Shown here one piece after another: positions 55,178-55,953 of a stretch of 55,953 bases of DNA; position 1 is the stretch's first letter; each line of letters starts with the position of its first letter. Made by a program: the position numbers and the translations under genes. Below the pieces are notes generated by a model, which saw only the letters and a program-made list of their open reading frames with translations, made no database searches and was not told where the DNA came from. Source of the DNA: a virus (lineage: Duplodnaviria; Caudoviricetes); the IMG/VR virus record IMGVR_UViG_3300009136_000007, positions 1 through 55,953 of that record. The stretch is one strand, 5' to 3'.

Positions 55178-55464
55178 AATCTTTCTAGTTTATCTATTAA
55201 TTTATTTAGTTTATCGTTTACTTTAATTGCTTTTTCATACTCTTCATTTTCTTCACACTGTGACAATAGCTTGCTAAGATCAGCTATTTCTTGTTGTAGT
55301 ATTTCTTTTTGATCCATACCGAAAATTTTATCACCGTACTCAACCTCAAGACTACCGCCAGATTGTTTTACTTGCTCGATAAATTGCTTATCAAACTCTG
55401 CTTGTCTTGTTAACAACTTTTGGAAAATAATTTCCGCAAGCTTTTCCATTTGTTCTTCTGTCAT
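55174..55464 (-). CDS. Acidic protein with a C-terminal UVR-like coiled coil
   Basis: ENEEYEKAIKVNDKL motif. Confidence 0.7.
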   Translation of the reverse strand: MTEEQMEKLAEIIFQKLLTRQAEFDKQFIEQVKQSGGSLEVEYGDKIFGMDQKEILQQEIADLSKLLSQCEENEEYEKAIKVNDKLNKLIDKLERL

Positions 55465-55484
55465 TTAATATATTTTTATACCTA

Positions 55485-55516
55485 TATTATCCTTTAGTGA
55501 TCGTATTTTGTTTGTA
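55485..55516 (-). promoter_or_regulatory. Putative early promoter, class E
   Basis: Minus strand TACAAAC-AAAA-TACGA-N9-GATAATA, 20 nt upstream of ORF 55464. Confidence 0.75.
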
Positions 55517-55571
55517 AACGTAATTGTTTACTTTTTTATAATTTTGTAAGTATATATGTTTACTTTGCAAA

Positions 55572-55742
55572 TTATTCTTCATAAAAATCTTTTATTGTTT
55601 TAGGGTGGTAACCCATAGCTCTTACTATTTCTATCCATAGCTCATGAAGTTCTTCAAGCTTTACATCTGAATGATCTACTTGAGTAGATATTTCTTTATT
55701 ATAGTAATTTAATGTTATTTTTAATGGTTGTTGTTCGCTCAT
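55572..55742 (-). CDS. Hypothetical 56-aa protein (not in ORF track)
   Basis: MSEQQPLKITLNYY...AMGYHPKTIKDFYEE with an A-rich leader. Confidence 0.65.
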   Translation of the reverse strand: MSEQQPLKITLNYYNKEISTQVDHSDVKLEELHELWIEIVRAMGYHPKTIKDFYEE

Positions 55743-55754
55743 AATTTTATTATT

Positions 55755-55953
55755 TTAGTGAAATATTAATCCTACTTTGTTTGTCTTGTTGAACCACTTT
55801 GTTGCCATTAAGTCAACAGATGAAGCATCAGTATAACCAGCAGATAAAAGATCGCTGACATTAGAAAATATTTTGGTGTGTCTGTGTTTTCTTTCATTTA
55901 CTAAGTGTTTTTGTTTACCTGAATCGCTGAATATAATGTCAAAGTTACTAGGC
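55755..55953 (-). CDS. Partial gene (C-terminus), GP88-family-like protein
   Basis: PSNFDIIFSDSGKQKHL...HTKIF...GY.DAS..DL...KVGLIFH; truncated by the window edge. Confidence 0.55.
   Translation of the reverse strand, partial: PSNFDIIFSDSGKQKHLVNERKHRHTKIFSNVSDLLSAGYTDASSVDLMATKWFNKTNKVGLIFH

Noticed and set aside
1-55953. tRNA, rRNA, CRISPR arrays, integrase, introns/inteins, stop-codon reassignment
   Set aside because: None recognised by eye. terL, nrdA, nrdB and the helicase are uninterrupted, and long ORFs read cleanly in the standard code.

Overview
The window is about 56 kb of an AT-rich tailed dsDNA phage genome with podovirus/crAss-like architecture. The host is very probably a marine Bacteroidetes (Flavobacteria), judged from Shine-Dalgarno-free (TAAAT)n leaders and gene content. 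The + strand arm (0.8-42.6 kb) is late and structural: small basic proteins, a tail-fibre cassette, groEL-groES, holin, a second GroES-like protein, terminase, portal, scaffold, major capsid protein, tail ring and nozzle proteins, three ejection proteins (the largest 2773 aa) and endolysin. The - strand arm (42.7-55.9 kb, plus 0-0.4 kb) is early and replicative: class I RNR, endonuclease I-like resolvase, MazG-like NTPases, a ThyA-family enzyme with dCMP-hydroxymethylase signature residues, primase-helicase, SSB, exonuclease, ERF, sigma factor, Rep-like HTH protein, DenV-like glycosylase, KTSC and GP88. The main hypothesis is a two-sigma transcription programme. A sigma70 region-2-like domain is embedded in the giant virion polyprotein next to a zincin protease and xxSK[ST] linkers, there is a free-standing phage sigma gene, and two exactly spaced non-host promoter-like motifs occur (TACWRAC-N4-TACKA-N9-GATAATM on the early strand; GTAA-N16-GTRANNATA mostly on late genes). 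Other notable signals are a structured ncRNA candidate at 10-152, a probable cytosine-modification pathway, a duplicated 44-45 bp palindrome, codon-conserved fibre junction repeats and a shared (S/T)P-hydrophobic-aromatic tag on small basic proteins. All assignments come from reading motifs by eye; no database searches or computations were run.
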